Both the position numbers and the translations under genes were made by a program. Of a stretch of DNA of 64,000 nucleotides, positions 19,171-29,320 are shown piece by piece. The DNA is from Synechococcus sp. GTDB lineage: Bacteria > Cyanobacteriota > Cyanobacteriia > PCC-6307 > Cyanobiaceae. The notes beneath the pieces are model-generated. The model was given only the letters and a program-made list of their open reading frames with translations. It was not told the DNA's origin and ran no database searches. Where the stretch lies: contig JBJBDC010000001.1 of assembly GCA_047285535.1 (NCBI GenBank), forward strand, positions 864,136-928,135. Reading direction: 5' to 3'. Position 1 is the stretch's first letter. The number at the start of each line of letters is the position of its first letter.

Positions 19171-20437
19171 ATGGCAAGATAGATGGATATTCAGCCATGA
19201 CAGCAGCCTGATGCAGTGATGAATCAAGATCACCATGCTTCCCCATAACGACTGTCTCACCATTAGAAGCTCAACAACCAAAGCCTTTCAATCGTTTGCA
19301 GCATTGTGGATTGCTCTATTTGTTGAAGCTTGAATCAGCATTTAGGTCTGATCACGCCCCTCACTCTGAACAGAAGAGGAGCCGCTCAGGCATAGAAGAA
19401 CCCAATTTCACAATTAAGCAAAAACCTGCTTGCTGAATTAGCAATCAAACATCGTAGCTTCATCGAGATAAACAAATAACGAGCACACAAAGAAATCCAC
19501 CGAAGCATACCTGTGCAAGAGATAAAGCGAAATCCACAACACATCCAAGGCTAGAACTTCTGTTTCACAGCCGTAGTGCCTGTGATAATTCACTGCATAA
19601 CGGATCCATCGCATTAACAATGCATAGATGTACATCAATTTTTCATTTCCAAACGTATAAACGCATGCAAGGAGAATTTGTATTCCAAAAATGAAGACAG
19701 CATGCGTAAGTTTCAGTTAGCAGCGGCAGAGAAAAACGTGACTATTCCAAAATAATAATACTACTCATGCCATCAACAAGGGCGATCCTCTCTCGCTAAA
19801 TTCAAACAGAAGGTTGGCAAAACTTGTGCGATAATGACAACAAAGACGTGTCATCAATCAATAACTCAAAATGCAAACTTATAACTCTTTGAGATCACAA
19901 TCGCATTGGAGGCGCAAGTAAACATGCAGAGAATAAATCGACAGACGCTCCACTACTTACAATCACCAAAACGATTCCAACCCTTCATACGATTACGATG
20001 CATTTCCCACAAGATTTAGCGGCAATATGCGTCACCATGATTTTCATTCTTTGACGAGTTAAAGAAGTACATCAAACAGAGAACTTCATCTATTTTTACC
20101 ATATAGTCCTTAGCATTATGTTGATGGATCTAGTAGCACTCAATACTTAGACAACCAGCCAAATCAAACCAACCTTCAAAAGACCGATTAAGAACCCTTC
20201 GCAATAAGAGAATGCGTACTCCTTTGTGATGTCAAGTGCTTTAGGCCAAGGGTCAACTGGACATTGATTTGTGTTGAAGACCTACAAACCATAATCATCA
20301 ACCTAAGAAAGCAAGGACGAATGAGGCTAATTTAACGTCCATCCGTTCTTTCTCATCCGGTCGCTATTGGCCTTGGCTTCTAATACTTTAAATCAGAGTG
20401 ACGCTCAATTTGGCAGGGAGTGAACTCGAATTGCCAG

Positions 20438-20929
20438 TCATCGGTAGGCGAGAAGAATCTGTATCGAAGCGCCAGCCATCGCCAATAACAGGATTGGTCT
20501 GTTGAGGTTTTGCCAGGTCTTATTACCATGGGCGATGGCTTCCCACGTGTGATTGAGTGCTGAAAGGACAAAGAAGCCGCCTATTAAGACGACATACAAA
20601 AGAAACGCTCCCGCGTCTGTCGTGGGGGTTGCCGCCCAGCCAACTCCGACGATGGTCGCAGAGAGAAACCACATCGTGTTCTGACGGTGATACGGATTAA
20701 TTCTTCCCTCCGGCGATGTGTCATAGCCTTTTTCCTTGGCTGACGCCTTCGCAAGGAACAGTCCCTCAAACGCGCAGGTTCCACAAAGTGCGATCGCGTA
20801 GGTCAGGGCCAAAATTCGAATTGCATTGACTGATGGCGGATTGTCAAGAGCTCCGTAAGCCAGCGAAAAGCCAACAGCGGCGCCAAAAATCCGCACTGCC
20901 TCAACAAGCTTGACCCAGCGGCTACCCAT
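20438..20929 (-). CDS. Hypothetical multi-pass membrane protein
   Basis: 163 aa, about 5 hydrophobic segments, GC-rich relative to its flanks. Confidence 0.75.
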   Translation of the reverse strand: MGSRWVKLVEAVRIFGAAVGFSLAYGALDNPPSVNAIRILALTYAIALCGTCAFEGLFLAKASAKEKGYDTSPEGRINPYHRQNTMWFLSATIVGVGWAATPTTDAGAFLLYVVLIGGFFVLSALNHTWEAIAHGNKTWQNLNRPILLLAMAGASIQILLAYR

Positions 20930-21130
20930 CGTTCACATTCAACACAGCTCATTGTCAGCCATTTGACTGCACCTGTCCGAAAATATTTTCTTCAAACATT
21001 ATCTTAAACAGTAGAGGCCATTGATTTTGGCAATTCTTTTCAACAACTGGGCTCACAACGATGCATATTATGACTGATGCTAAATTAACCTTGTCATTGC
21101 ACAATTAGCAGTTTGATTCCTGATCCAACT

Positions 21131-21412
21131 ATGGATTTTTCAGAGTGCACCCCTGTCAATCATCTGTGGCCTGCTCTTGTGGAGCGCCTGGGTTCTGAAA
21201 AAGCACAGCAGGCAGTTCGTCAAGCCCTAGATCTTCAAGGGATGAGCGGGCAAAGAGGCAGTTTGCCTGTACTATTTGTGGAAACATGTGGTTTAGCCTT
21301 AGCCAGCAGTGATTTACTGCGTGAGCAAACAGGTCTCAACGGTCATGGACATCGCATGGTGCTTCTCTTCAGCCGTCGAGAGCAATGCCTACAGTTGCTG
21401 CAACAGGCATAA
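21131..21412 (+). CDS. Conserved hypothetical protein
   Basis: W..LVERLG...AVRQALDLQ.M...LPVL..ETCG...LREQTGL pattern typical of picocyanobacteria. Confidence 0.8.
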   Translation: MDFSECTPVNHLWPALVERLGSEKAQQAVRQALDLQGMSGQRGSLPVLFVETCGLALASSDLLREQTGLNGHGHRMVLLFSRREQCLQLLQQA

Positions 21413-21874
21413 ACAATCTCCAACAAGCCGTGTCTTCTAAATGCATTCTGCGTGGTTTATAACTGTTTTGAGGACAGGAATGTGAGCATCAATGAATGAC
21501 TGATTCTCGCATTCAACACATAGGACTCGAGACACAACGATCCACTTCCATCAATCTCCATACACAGAAAAATGAGAACATCTGATCTTTAAATATAGAC
21601 AGTTAAATCTCATCGACATGATCAAATCTTTTGGTTTTGGCCTATCACTCAACCCAAGAAAGACAACTCAAAACCAAGCTCTCCAAGACACAACAAGCGC
21701 TTATAGAATGCATACTTTAAACATTTACACTCAGTGCAGAAGATTATTCCCCTTCTATCTAATAGCATTTAAGCCCCTATTTTCGAGTGTTGAATTGCAT
21801 GATTCATGAGCATCACCCGATCAGCCGAGCAGATTCAGGTGCCATGCATTTCATCTCGACAAACCCAGTAAGGA

Positions 21875-23149
21875 TTAACAATGCACCGTTGGCAATTCAT
21901 CCAAGCGCGTTGTACTCGCTCGACCTAAGCGTTCGCGACGCATCGCCCAGCCCGGATGGAGGCCACAAGCTGCCCATTGAACCGTGCCTCGTCCATAGCG
22001 TTGATTGAGGTGATCAATGGTGGCCATCAAGATCTCCCGTTTCCGCTGCTGCTCCTCAGTGCAAGGGACCCATAAGTGCTGTTGCAGTTGATCCATACCC
22101 TGCAGGTGCTGCATCAGAACGCCTGCTTTAGCCAAGGGGCGGTGGGGTTGAAAAATCCTTTTCACCAAGGGCAAGGCAGCCTCCAACAACACGCTGGTGT
22201 CGTTGCTGGGCAAGTCAAGGCGAGTGCTAGCCGCTCGGCTGTAAAACGCTGGGATAAATGGACTCGTACGCGTATAAACCGTGAGTGCCGCTGTGCGTTG
22301 ATGCTGCTGTCGTAATTTTTCAGCAGCTCGCACCACATAGGTCGCCACAGCTTCGCGCAGCTCCTCCAGGCTGGTGATTGGGCGACTGAAACTACGGCTC
22401 ACACAAGTTTCTTGTTTCGGAGATGGTTCTAGATCAAGCGGCAGGCAGGCATGACCTTGCAGTTCTCTCTGGATCCGAACGCCCACGACGCCAGCCTTGG
22501 CACGCAGACATCCGGAGGGCATGTCACGCAGCTCACGGGCATTGACAACTCCTCGCCTTCGGCACCAGAGCGCAAGCTTTCGACCAATACCCCAGACATC
22601 TTCGATCGAGATCGTTTCCAGCCAGCTATCTGGATCACGACACACTTCAAGATCAAAGAGTCCAGCATGGGCTGGCACCACCTTCGCCAGGCGGTTAGCC
22701 AACTTGGCCTGACCCTTGCTAGCGCCAAGGCCAATGGCGATCGGCAGCCCGAGATTGCGTCGCACCAAAGCCCGCAGGTGCCTTGCCCATGGATGGAGAT
22801 TTCCGTCAGACGGACGACCAAGGCGTGCAAATGCCTCATCAATGGAATAGATCTCCAGATCCTCAACCTGACGCTCCAACAGACTCATCAATCGCTGACT
22901 CATGTCGGCGTAGAAGGCGTAATTCGAGCTGCGAATCACAACATTTTGCTGTTCCAGATTGCGCTTGACCTTGAAATAGGGTGTTCCCATCGCAATCCCA
23001 AGCGCTCGTGCTTCAGCGCTACGAGCCACGATGCAGCCATCATTATTTGAGAGCACCACAACGGGACGGCCGATCAGGGCCGGATCAAGGCTCTGCTCGC
23101 AAGACGCATAAAAATTGTTGGCATCAATCAGGGCTGTGACCTGGGACAT
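21875..23149 (-). CDS. umuC: Y-family DNA polymerase V subunit UmuC
   Basis: ALIDANNFYASCE, VLSNNDGC, YSIDEAF, VWGIG, SRSF; start MSQVTAL. Confidence 0.97.
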   Translation of the reverse strand: MSQVTALIDANNFYASCEQSLDPALIGRPVVVLSNNDGCIVARSAEARALGIAMGTPYFKVKRNLEQQNVVIRSSNYAFYADMSQRLMSLLERQVEDLEIYSIDEAFARLGRPSDGNLHPWARHLRALVRRNLGLPIAIGLGASKGQAKLANRLAKVVPAHAGLFDLEVCRDPDSWLETISIEDVWGIGRKLALWCRRRGVVNARELRDMPSGCLRAKAGVVGVRIQRELQGHACLPLDLEPSPKQETCVSRSFSRPITSLEELREAVATYVVRAAEKLRQQHQRTAALTVYTRTSPFIPAFYSRAASTRLDLPSNDTSVLLEAALPLVKRIFQPHRPLAKAGVLMQHLQGMDQLQQHLWVPCTEEQQRKREILMATIDHLNQRYGRGTVQWAACGLHPGWAMRRERLGRASTTRLDELPTVHC

Positions 23150-23165
23150 CGCGACGAATTCGGTA

Positions 23166-23627
23166 CTAAAGCGAATGGATGACGTGAATCGCGACACCCC
23201 AAATCTGCACGTCACCGCAACAACGCAAATCCAAATGGGGATAGGCAGAGTTAGCCGCTTCCAGTCGTAGGGACCCGCGATGGCGAGCAAGACGTTTAAG
23301 TGTGAAAGCGCCATCAAGGACAGCCACCACCACACGTCCGGGACAGGGCTCAAGGCTGCGATCGACCACCAGCAAGTCGCCATGATGAATGCCTGCACCA
23401 GTCATGGAATCGCCGCTGACACGCAGAAAGAAGGTGCTGCTTGGATGGCGAATCAGTTGTTCATTGAGATCAATCCCAACATCGATGTAGTCGTCAGCAG
23501 GAGATGGAAAACCGGCAGCCACCTGTTCGCTAGCCAGAGGGAGGCTGAGTCGTTGGCACTGCACCCGCAGAGGCTGAGGCGAGTGCAGCGAGATGCAATC
23601 AAATCTCACGAAAGCGAACCCCGACAA
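23166..23627 (-). CDS. umuD: UmuD (S24 peptidase), start uncertain
   Basis: VAAGFPSPADDY, FFLRVSGDSM, FTLKRL, IWGV. Confidence 0.95.
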   Translation of the reverse strand: MSGFAFVRFDCISLHSPQPLRVQCQRLSLPLASEQVAAGFPSPADDYIDVGIDLNEQLIRHPSSTFFLRVSGDSMTGAGIHHGDLLVVDRSLEPCPGRVVVAVLDGAFTLKRLARHRGSLRLEAANSAYPHLDLRCCGDVQIWGVAIHVIHSL

Positions 23628-23635
23628 CCACTTAA

Positions 23636-23651
23636 TAGTACAAATAAACCA
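23636..23651. promoter_or_regulatory. LexA (SOS) box upstream of umuD
   Basis: TAGTACAAATAAACCA with one perfect half-site, immediately upstream of umuD. Confidence 0.65.
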
Positions 23652-23873
23652 TCAGGTGCGCTGCTGCGGCCATGGCGCGTGACATGGAAGCCCAAGCTCT
23701 AGCCAGGCAAGCCTTCAAACGCGGCTTCATGCTGCCATTGCTGCCGTTGACGAATCACGCGTCGGAAAACGAACAGCCCATCTCTAGGGACACTCATCCA
23801 TTGATTCAGCCATTCCGATGCATCTTCAAAGCAAAATCTTGCCACTCGCAAAATCCTGCCAATCATCACGTCG

Positions 23874-24608
23874 TTACTGCAATGCCTTGGCTTTCTCCTG
23901 TTCTTCTGCGCCCCAGACCTCGAGGACATCTGGAAAATGCTCTTCCATACAGGAATCGCAAATACCATGACTGAAATTTAAATTAGTACGTTTAGACAAA
24001 TACCGATCAAGATGCGACCAATGGCCATCATTATCTCTTGCCTTCCTACAATAAGAACAGGTTGAAATAATACCTCCGACATTGTCGAGTGAGCAGTAAG
24101 ATTCAATTAAATTGATGGATCTTTTCCTTAACTCGAGAAACGCAACGACTTGCCTGGACAAAGCCTGCATAATACTGAATTGCTTATCCGTAAGACCATG
24201 AGGCTCTCTATCAATCACACAGAGAGTTCCAATTCTATGGTTACTATCATTTTGAAGAGGGAAACCAGCATACAACCTAATTTTCGGCTCTCCCTTCACC
24301 AAAGGATTATCAAAAAATCGATCGTCATTCAAAGCATCTTCAACGATTAGAGGCTCTGAGGAGTGAATCGCATGGGCGCAGAATGACCAATCTCTAACCG
24401 TCTCTTTAGCCTCAATACCAACTTTTGCTTTAAACCATTGCCGATTCGAATCAACAAGACTCAGCAATGCGATGGGCGTTTCACATGTAAGTGACGCAAT
24501 TTTAGTTATATCATCAAAACTCTCTTCAGGCTTTGTACCAAGAATTCTATATTCACTAAGAGCCTTCAGCCTTTCTGACTCATTCAAAGGAATCTCGGGC
24601 TTTTTCAA
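23874..24608 (-). CDS. GAF domain protein with C-terminal CxxC...HGICxxC module
   Basis: NESERLKAL..Y.ILGT, RQWFKA, SFCAHAI, IRLYAGFPL, GTLCVID; CSYCRKARD...W...FSHGICDSC. Confidence 0.9.
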   Translation of the reverse strand: MKKPEIPLNESERLKALSEYRILGTKPEESFDDITKIASLTCETPIALLSLVDSNRQWFKAKVGIEAKETVRDWSFCAHAIHSSEPLIVEDALNDDRFFDNPLVKGEPKIRLYAGFPLQNDSNHRIGTLCVIDREPHGLTDKQFSIMQALSRQVVAFLELRKRSINLIESYCSLDNVGGIISTCSYCRKARDNDGHWSHLDRYLSKRTNLNFSHGICDSCMEEHFPDVLEVWGAEEQEKAKALQ

Positions 24609-24986
24609 GTAAGAAACTCAGGCCTAAGCGAATTGTGAGGACAAAGCGAGCGAAATAAGAGCAAGAAACACAAAAGGTAACAAAAGCCAACCCGTATTGT
24701 TTACACTTTTACCTGTAACAAAAGAATCAATGGAGAATGCTTGTGATCAAAAAACCACTGATTAAGCTGACAACCTAAGGGTTGACGAGGCTGAGGCAAG
24801 ATGGGTTCATTCTAGGATTATCAATAGAGAATGGATGCCTTCTGAAATAACAAAAGTTGAGTTACAGATCCTGCGAAACCAGTTGCAACCGATCAAACTT
24901 AATTCTCAGAAGGGTGTAACAGTTACAAAGTCGAGGATGCGATCTTGAATCGATCAGGATGATTCTCTCACTGAAAGCCGTTGCTG

Positions 24987-25403
24987 ATGGCCAACTCTCC
25001 CTATCTCCTAGCACTAGCCCTGTTTGAGCAGAACGGAAAAAGGGCGATGCCCCTCGCTGGAAGATCCCTGCCGCCTGAAACGACACAGGATGAAGCGGGC
25101 GTTCCTGTACGAATCGCCCAGGAACTGGCGTTGGAACTACTGCTCCGCGTCTGGCAACGCAGTGAAGACGGGGCTTTGCAACGCAGAGCGGGGCCAGCAA
25201 GCTTGCTCATCGTTGAATTAGCAATGGAACACTTACCCGAAGACTTACCTGTCCTTAAAGCGGCCTGGCTCTCAACAGGCGATAGCGACGCCTTTCAGGC
25301 GGGACTGCTGGCCATTGCCTCGAAGTGCTGGACCGTGAGCATCGCCAAATTCGAGCCAATAACATTTAGCGCGCTTGAAGCTGGGACTCCAAACCAAAAG
25401 TGA
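24987..25403 (+). CDS. Conserved hypothetical protein
   Basis: YLLALALFEQNGKRAMPLAGRS...LELLLRVWQRS, core-like codon usage. Confidence 0.85.
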   Translation: MANSPYLLALALFEQNGKRAMPLAGRSLPPETTQDEAGVPVRIAQELALELLLRVWQRSEDGALQRRAGPASLLIVELAMEHLPEDLPVLKAAWLSTGDSDAFQAGLLAIASKCWTVSIAKFEPITFSALEAGTPNQK

Positions 25404-25449
25404 GAGCATGAAAATGGACATTCGCACAATCAAAAGTTCAAAATTGCCA

Positions 25450-26133
25450 ACTCAGGAATAGTTGTGAGAAATTCTGCTCATCCAATAACACTTGTCTCCT
25501 GCTGATCAGCAGCCAAGTAAATACCGTCTCGAGGACACGTCTCGGCACCAGCTTGTGGATCAAAAATAAAATACCCCGACTCCTCTTCGGCGAGTTTGCG
25601 ATAAAAAAACGAAGAAACGGGACTGTTCAGTCGCCCCTTTGAATCTCCAAGGCAGGGAGACTGGAGTCGTTTGCATCAAGCCAGATCTGGCTTAAATACT
25701 TTTAAGATGTCGATTCTCATGGCGTGGTCCACACTCAAAGACAGTACAAACATCATGAATCAGAATTTTCGCTCCGGCCATAATCAGTTCAGGCCTAAAA
25801 TTAAACAACGATTGCAATCATTGAACCCAAGCCTAAGAACAATGACATCATTTGGCTTACAACTGTGTAAAACAATAAGCAAGTGATATCTGACATTAAA
25901 ACGATGATCGCCTCCATCATTAACAGCTCCAGAGGATCATCCGTCACTGATGATCCTGAATTCAAGGCTTGTTCAATCACACTCCTGGACTGATGGTCAG
26001 GGCTGATTCCATTGAGTTGATGCTCGAGACGATTGGGCCAGTCTGTTCGCAATGGCAACCGACCACGACCAGCAGGTGCCATGCCCCTTGAGTTGGGTTC
26101 TGCAAAGCACAGAATGAGTCTGGGCTCTGGCCA
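25450..26133 (-). pseudogene. SGNH/GDSL hydrolase (arylesterase-like) pseudogene
   Basis: Fragments across frames: RLILCFAEPNSRGMAP..RGRLPLRTDWPNRL; VIEQALNS...TDDP; LHSCKPNDVIVLRLGFND; FKGATEQS; YRKLAEE...DGIYLAADQQ, matching SGNH blocks I, II, III and V. Confidence 0.75.
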
Positions 26134-26214
26134 AGACTGGTCTCAACCAAGACCTGAGCCTTGATCGGCAGAAGGCATGGTGAGTAGAAATACAGCAATC
26201 CCGAATGTCCTGTC

Positions 26215-26649
26215 TCAAGCTCGGTGGTAAGGACTTCCTTGGTGGATGGATTGGGCGCGAAACAGTTGCTCCATCAAAAGCAGTCTTGCCAGCTCATGAG
26301 GAAAAGTCATCGGCGAGAGGCTGAGCTTCCAACGAGCCAGAGCCTTCAGCTCTGCAGTCACCCCATTCGCTCCACCAATCACGAAGGCAAGGCGCTGAGA
26401 TCCCAGGCTGCGCAACCGCTCAGCAAAGGCCATTGAGGTCATCGTTTCACCCTGCTCCATCAGAATCACAGGCCATTCATCAGATCGCAAGGCCTGGCCG
26501 ATCGCTTCAGATTCCTTCTCCGAACTGGTGTCACGCAACTCGGTGATCGTCAGTCCGGGAAGACGTTTGCGATAAAGCTCGATGCCTTCCTGGACCCAAG
26601 TCTTTCGCACTTTGCCGATGGCAATGATGCGGCAACGGGAAGGATTCAT
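26215..26649 (-). CDS. rlmH: 23S rRNA (pseudouridine1915-N3)-methyltransferase
   Basis: [41 protein letters not shown]. Confidence 0.97.
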   Translation of the reverse strand: MNPSRCRIIAIGKVRKTWVQEGIELYRKRLPGLTITELRDTSSEKESEAIGQALRSDEWPVILMEQGETMTSMAFAERLRSLGSQRLAFVIGGANGVTAELKALARWKLSLSPMTFPHELARLLLMEQLFRAQSIHQGSPYHRA

Positions 26650-26682
26650 CCCTGACGATCAAAAAGCTGATTGACGTTGAAA

Positions 26683-27102
26683 TCAGATTTCGTCATCTTC
26701 CAGAAGCAGCTGCCCAAAGGCCACATACAAGGATTCTTCTTCACTCCCAGCAGCCACATCGGGTCGAGAAGGGCGGGTGGTTTTTCCTTGGCCGCCGCGA
26801 GGCGGTTGCTCAGAAAGAGGTTTGGCCAACGAAGGGGGCTCAACTGTTGCTTTCCTCTGAGCAGCAACATCGCGCTCAGCCTGTTTTAGACGAGCCATCA
26901 AATGCTCTGGCACCGTGCCATCACGACTGGCTTTCATCAGCTCCTGAAACAACCGTTCAGGGTTGTCTTCCGTTTCAACAGGATGACGCTTTTCAGACGC
27001 CTTGCTAGGGCGAACGGATTTCTGCTCCGGTGCCGCAATGGGCTCAGGCAACGTACGGCCCAACTCCTTGAGGCGCTCCAGGCTGCGAGGATCAAAGCTC
27101 AT
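26683..27102 (-). CDS. Conserved hypothetical protein
   Basis: [38 protein letters not shown]. Confidence 0.85.
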   Translation of the reverse strand: MSFDPRSLERLKELGRTLPEPIAAPEQKSVRPSKASEKRHPVETEDNPERLFQELMKASRDGTVPEHLMARLKQAERDVAAQRKATVEPPSLAKPLSEQPPRGGQGKTTRPSRPDVAAGSEEESLYVAFGQLLLEDDEI

Positions 27103-27578
27103 GAGCAACCTAGGGTTTCGCGAGTTTCTCTACCAGTCACTGGATTCGTACCTTCGGCATTGGCGCAAAGGGCCTTGAGCGCATCGGCGCGTAAAGGCAC
27201 ATTGGTGAAATCAGCACCTTCTACAATGGCATTGACGAAACGCGTGTTGAAAGCAAACGCGTTCTCAAGAACGGCATTGGTGAGATTGGTTCCATCGAAG
27301 ACTGCCGAATCAAGCGTGGCATCGCGGAGATTGCTGTCACTCAGATTGGCGTCCTGAAGTTTGGCACCATAAAGACTGGCACCCTGTAGATCACTGCCGG
27401 ACAGATCGGCATCACGAAGGTTCGTAAGATTGAATGTGACACCTTGCATCTCCCGATTTGAAAAATCGGCGCCAATCAACACCTGCTTGGCGTAATCCAT
27501 GGCAGCCAAGGCCGGGTCCACAGGTAAAGCCATCATGACCAAAAGTGCCATCAGCGGTGCCAACAAGCGCAAACGCAT
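27099..27578 (-). CDS. Pentapeptide repeat protein (exported or lumenal)
   Basis: Signal peptide, A(D/N)LXX repeats, C-terminal LC...[16 protein letters not shown]. Confidence 0.95.
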   Translation of the reverse strand: MRLRLLAPLMALLVMMALPVDPALAAMDYAKQVLIGADFSNREMQGVTFNLTNLRDADLSGSDLQGASLYGAKLQDANLSDSNLRDATLDSAVFDGTNLTNAVLENAFAFNTRFVNAIVEGADFTNVPLRADALKALCANAEGTNPVTGRETRETLGCS

Positions 27579-27603
27579 CGGGAGTAGAGATCGCTGATTC
27601 AGC

Positions 27604-28218
27604 CTAGGACTTTGAGATCCGTTTGTTTGATCCAACTTTGATGGCTTCTTCCAAGCTGTTCAGGCGGTCTTCCCTTGCTCCCCAAAGTTCAATCAACTGT
27701 GGTGGGTTCTCTTTTGGCATCACATCAAAACGTTGATGCCGATAAATCTGCTTAAAAATAGCATCAACTTCATCACGATAAGGCAGATCAACAGGGCGAA
27801 TTCCATCATCTTCCATGGCTACTGGCCATTGAGTTGTAATGGGCAGAAAAACCAATACATCGAGTTGCTGAAGAGAATTACGAACTCGTGAGGCCAAAGA
27901 TTCTACGAAAGCATCATCAATATCGGTGGTTCCATGATCGGCAGTGTATTGCGAATAAGCGACATAATCAACAGGGCATCGATCAAAAATAACGCAATTA
28001 TTCTCTTGCCAATAAGCCAGAATTCTACTGATATTGTAATACATTTGAATCCCATTATGCAGCCTAGAACTCTCTTGACGAAAGCGAATATCATATCCTT
28101 CTCTATCAAGGACGCGAAAAGGCTCTTCCTCCAAAATATAATCGGGATGACGCTGAATCCAGTCACGTACGAATGTGCTTTTCCCCTGTGAATGCGTACC
28201 AGTAATAGCTATTCGCAT
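27604..28218 (-). CDS. AAA_28 (NadR/Ttd14-like) P-loop NTPase or kinase
   Basis: [33 protein letters not shown]. Confidence 0.85.
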   Translation of the reverse strand: MRIAITGTHSQGKSTFVRDWIQRHPDYILEEEPFRVLDREGYDIRFRQESSRLHNGIQMYYNISRILAYWQENNCVIFDRCPVDYVAYSQYTADHGTTDIDDAFVESLASRVRNSLQQLDVLVFLPITTQWPVAMEDDGIRPVDLPYRDEVDAIFKQIYRHQRFDVMPKENPPQLIELWGAREDRLNSLEEAIKVGSNKRISKS

Positions 28219-28312
28219 ACAATTCTCCAGCTTTTTAATCTTTATAGCGTTCGACCATTGATGAGGAAAGTAAGTCTAGGGGGAACACTTCAGAGCAAGT
28301 ACTGAGAGTTTT

Positions 28313-28705
28313 ATGTCTGGATCCCAAGTTCAAGGAGCAAAGGCAGAGCAGCATGTCAAACGAATCTTGATCGCTCAAGGTTGGCGGTTGCTGGAAGAGA
28401 ATTGGCGATGTCGTTACGGCGAAATTGATCTCCTTTTAACGAAAGGGACCCCGAGGAAGCGCCGAATACTGGTTGTTGAAGTCAAAGCTAGACACCATGC
28501 AGGATTGGATGGCTGGGGTACGGGCGCATTCAATAGCGCCAAGCGCAAATGCTTGGCAAGAAGCGTGGTCTGCTGGCAGGCAGCCAATCCATCGATTAGG
28601 GACAGTCATTGCATCGTGGTACTGGCATTAGTGGCGCTTCCACTTCACAGCCGCGCCGTGCGCTGGATCAACATCGAAGAACTTGATGGCACTAGGTACT
28701 CATGA
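28313..28705 (+). CDS. YraN family PD-(D/E)XK-like protein
   Basis: G..AE, NWRCRYGEIDL, VVEVKAR. Confidence 0.9.
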   Translation: MSGSQVQGAKAEQHVKRILIAQGWRLLEENWRCRYGEIDLLLTKGTPRKRRILVVEVKARHHAGLDGWGTGAFNSAKRKCLARSVVCWQAANPSIRDSHCIVVLALVALPLHSRAVRWINIEELDGTRYS

Positions 28706-28714
28706 GATTGCCCA

Positions 28715-29320
28715 TTATTTAATGAGCAAAGCCTTGATCAACGGCAGCGCAGCAACGACTCCGTGGCGAGGGTTGGTGATGACAAGCAACGCAGCAGAGC
28801 GAAGCGGACGAATAAAGGTGAGTTCTCCTGGAATCATCTGAAACAGCATTTGTTGCATAATCTGCAATCGATTTCGACCACGCTCTTTGACATCACGACG
28901 GAGCCTGCGAATCATGCGCAGCACTAATGGTTCTTCTAGATAGAAAAAGGCATTGATCAAGCCGGCCTCAAGCAAATCTTGAGGCCCATAGGCTCCTTCC
29001 AGCAAGACCAGCTGATAATTTTGATTCAGTGTTTTGCGAGCAACTGCTCGTGTACGCATGTCATAGGTGCGCAAGCTTTTGGCCGAGCCTTGCCTGACAT
29101 GCCCTAAATCAGCTCGCAGTGCATCGGTGTCAATGGCATCCACCGTGTCGAATCCAAACAGTGGATGGGGGTGCCAGTTTTGGCGGTAATAGTTGTCGCA
29201 GCACATCACGAGCACCTGAATATCGAGGGCTAGAAGGGCTTCTGCAAGTTGCATGGTGAAGCTGGTTTTACCAACAGCGGAAGGTCCCCCGATGCAGACC
29301 ACAGGTCGACGAACATTCAA
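28715..29320 (-). CDS. Uridine kinase-like P-loop kinase
   Basis: GGPSAVGKT, DNYYR, FDTVDAID, LLEG, RRLRRDVKERGR, FIRP. Confidence 0.8.
   Translation of the reverse strand: MNVRRPVVCIGGPSAVGKTSFTMQLAEALLALDIQVLVMCCDNYYRQNWHPHPLFGFDTVDAIDTDALRADLGHVRQGSAKSLRTYDMRTRAVARKTLNQNYQLVLLEGAYGPQDLLEAGLINAFFYLEEPLVLRMIRRLRRDVKERGRNRLQIMQQMLFQMIPGELTFIRPLRSAALLVITNPRHGVVAALPLIKALLIK

Noticed and set aside
25577..25669. Apparent multi-stem ncRNA or riboswitch
   Set aside because: Better explained as the 3' part of the SGNH hydrolase pseudogene
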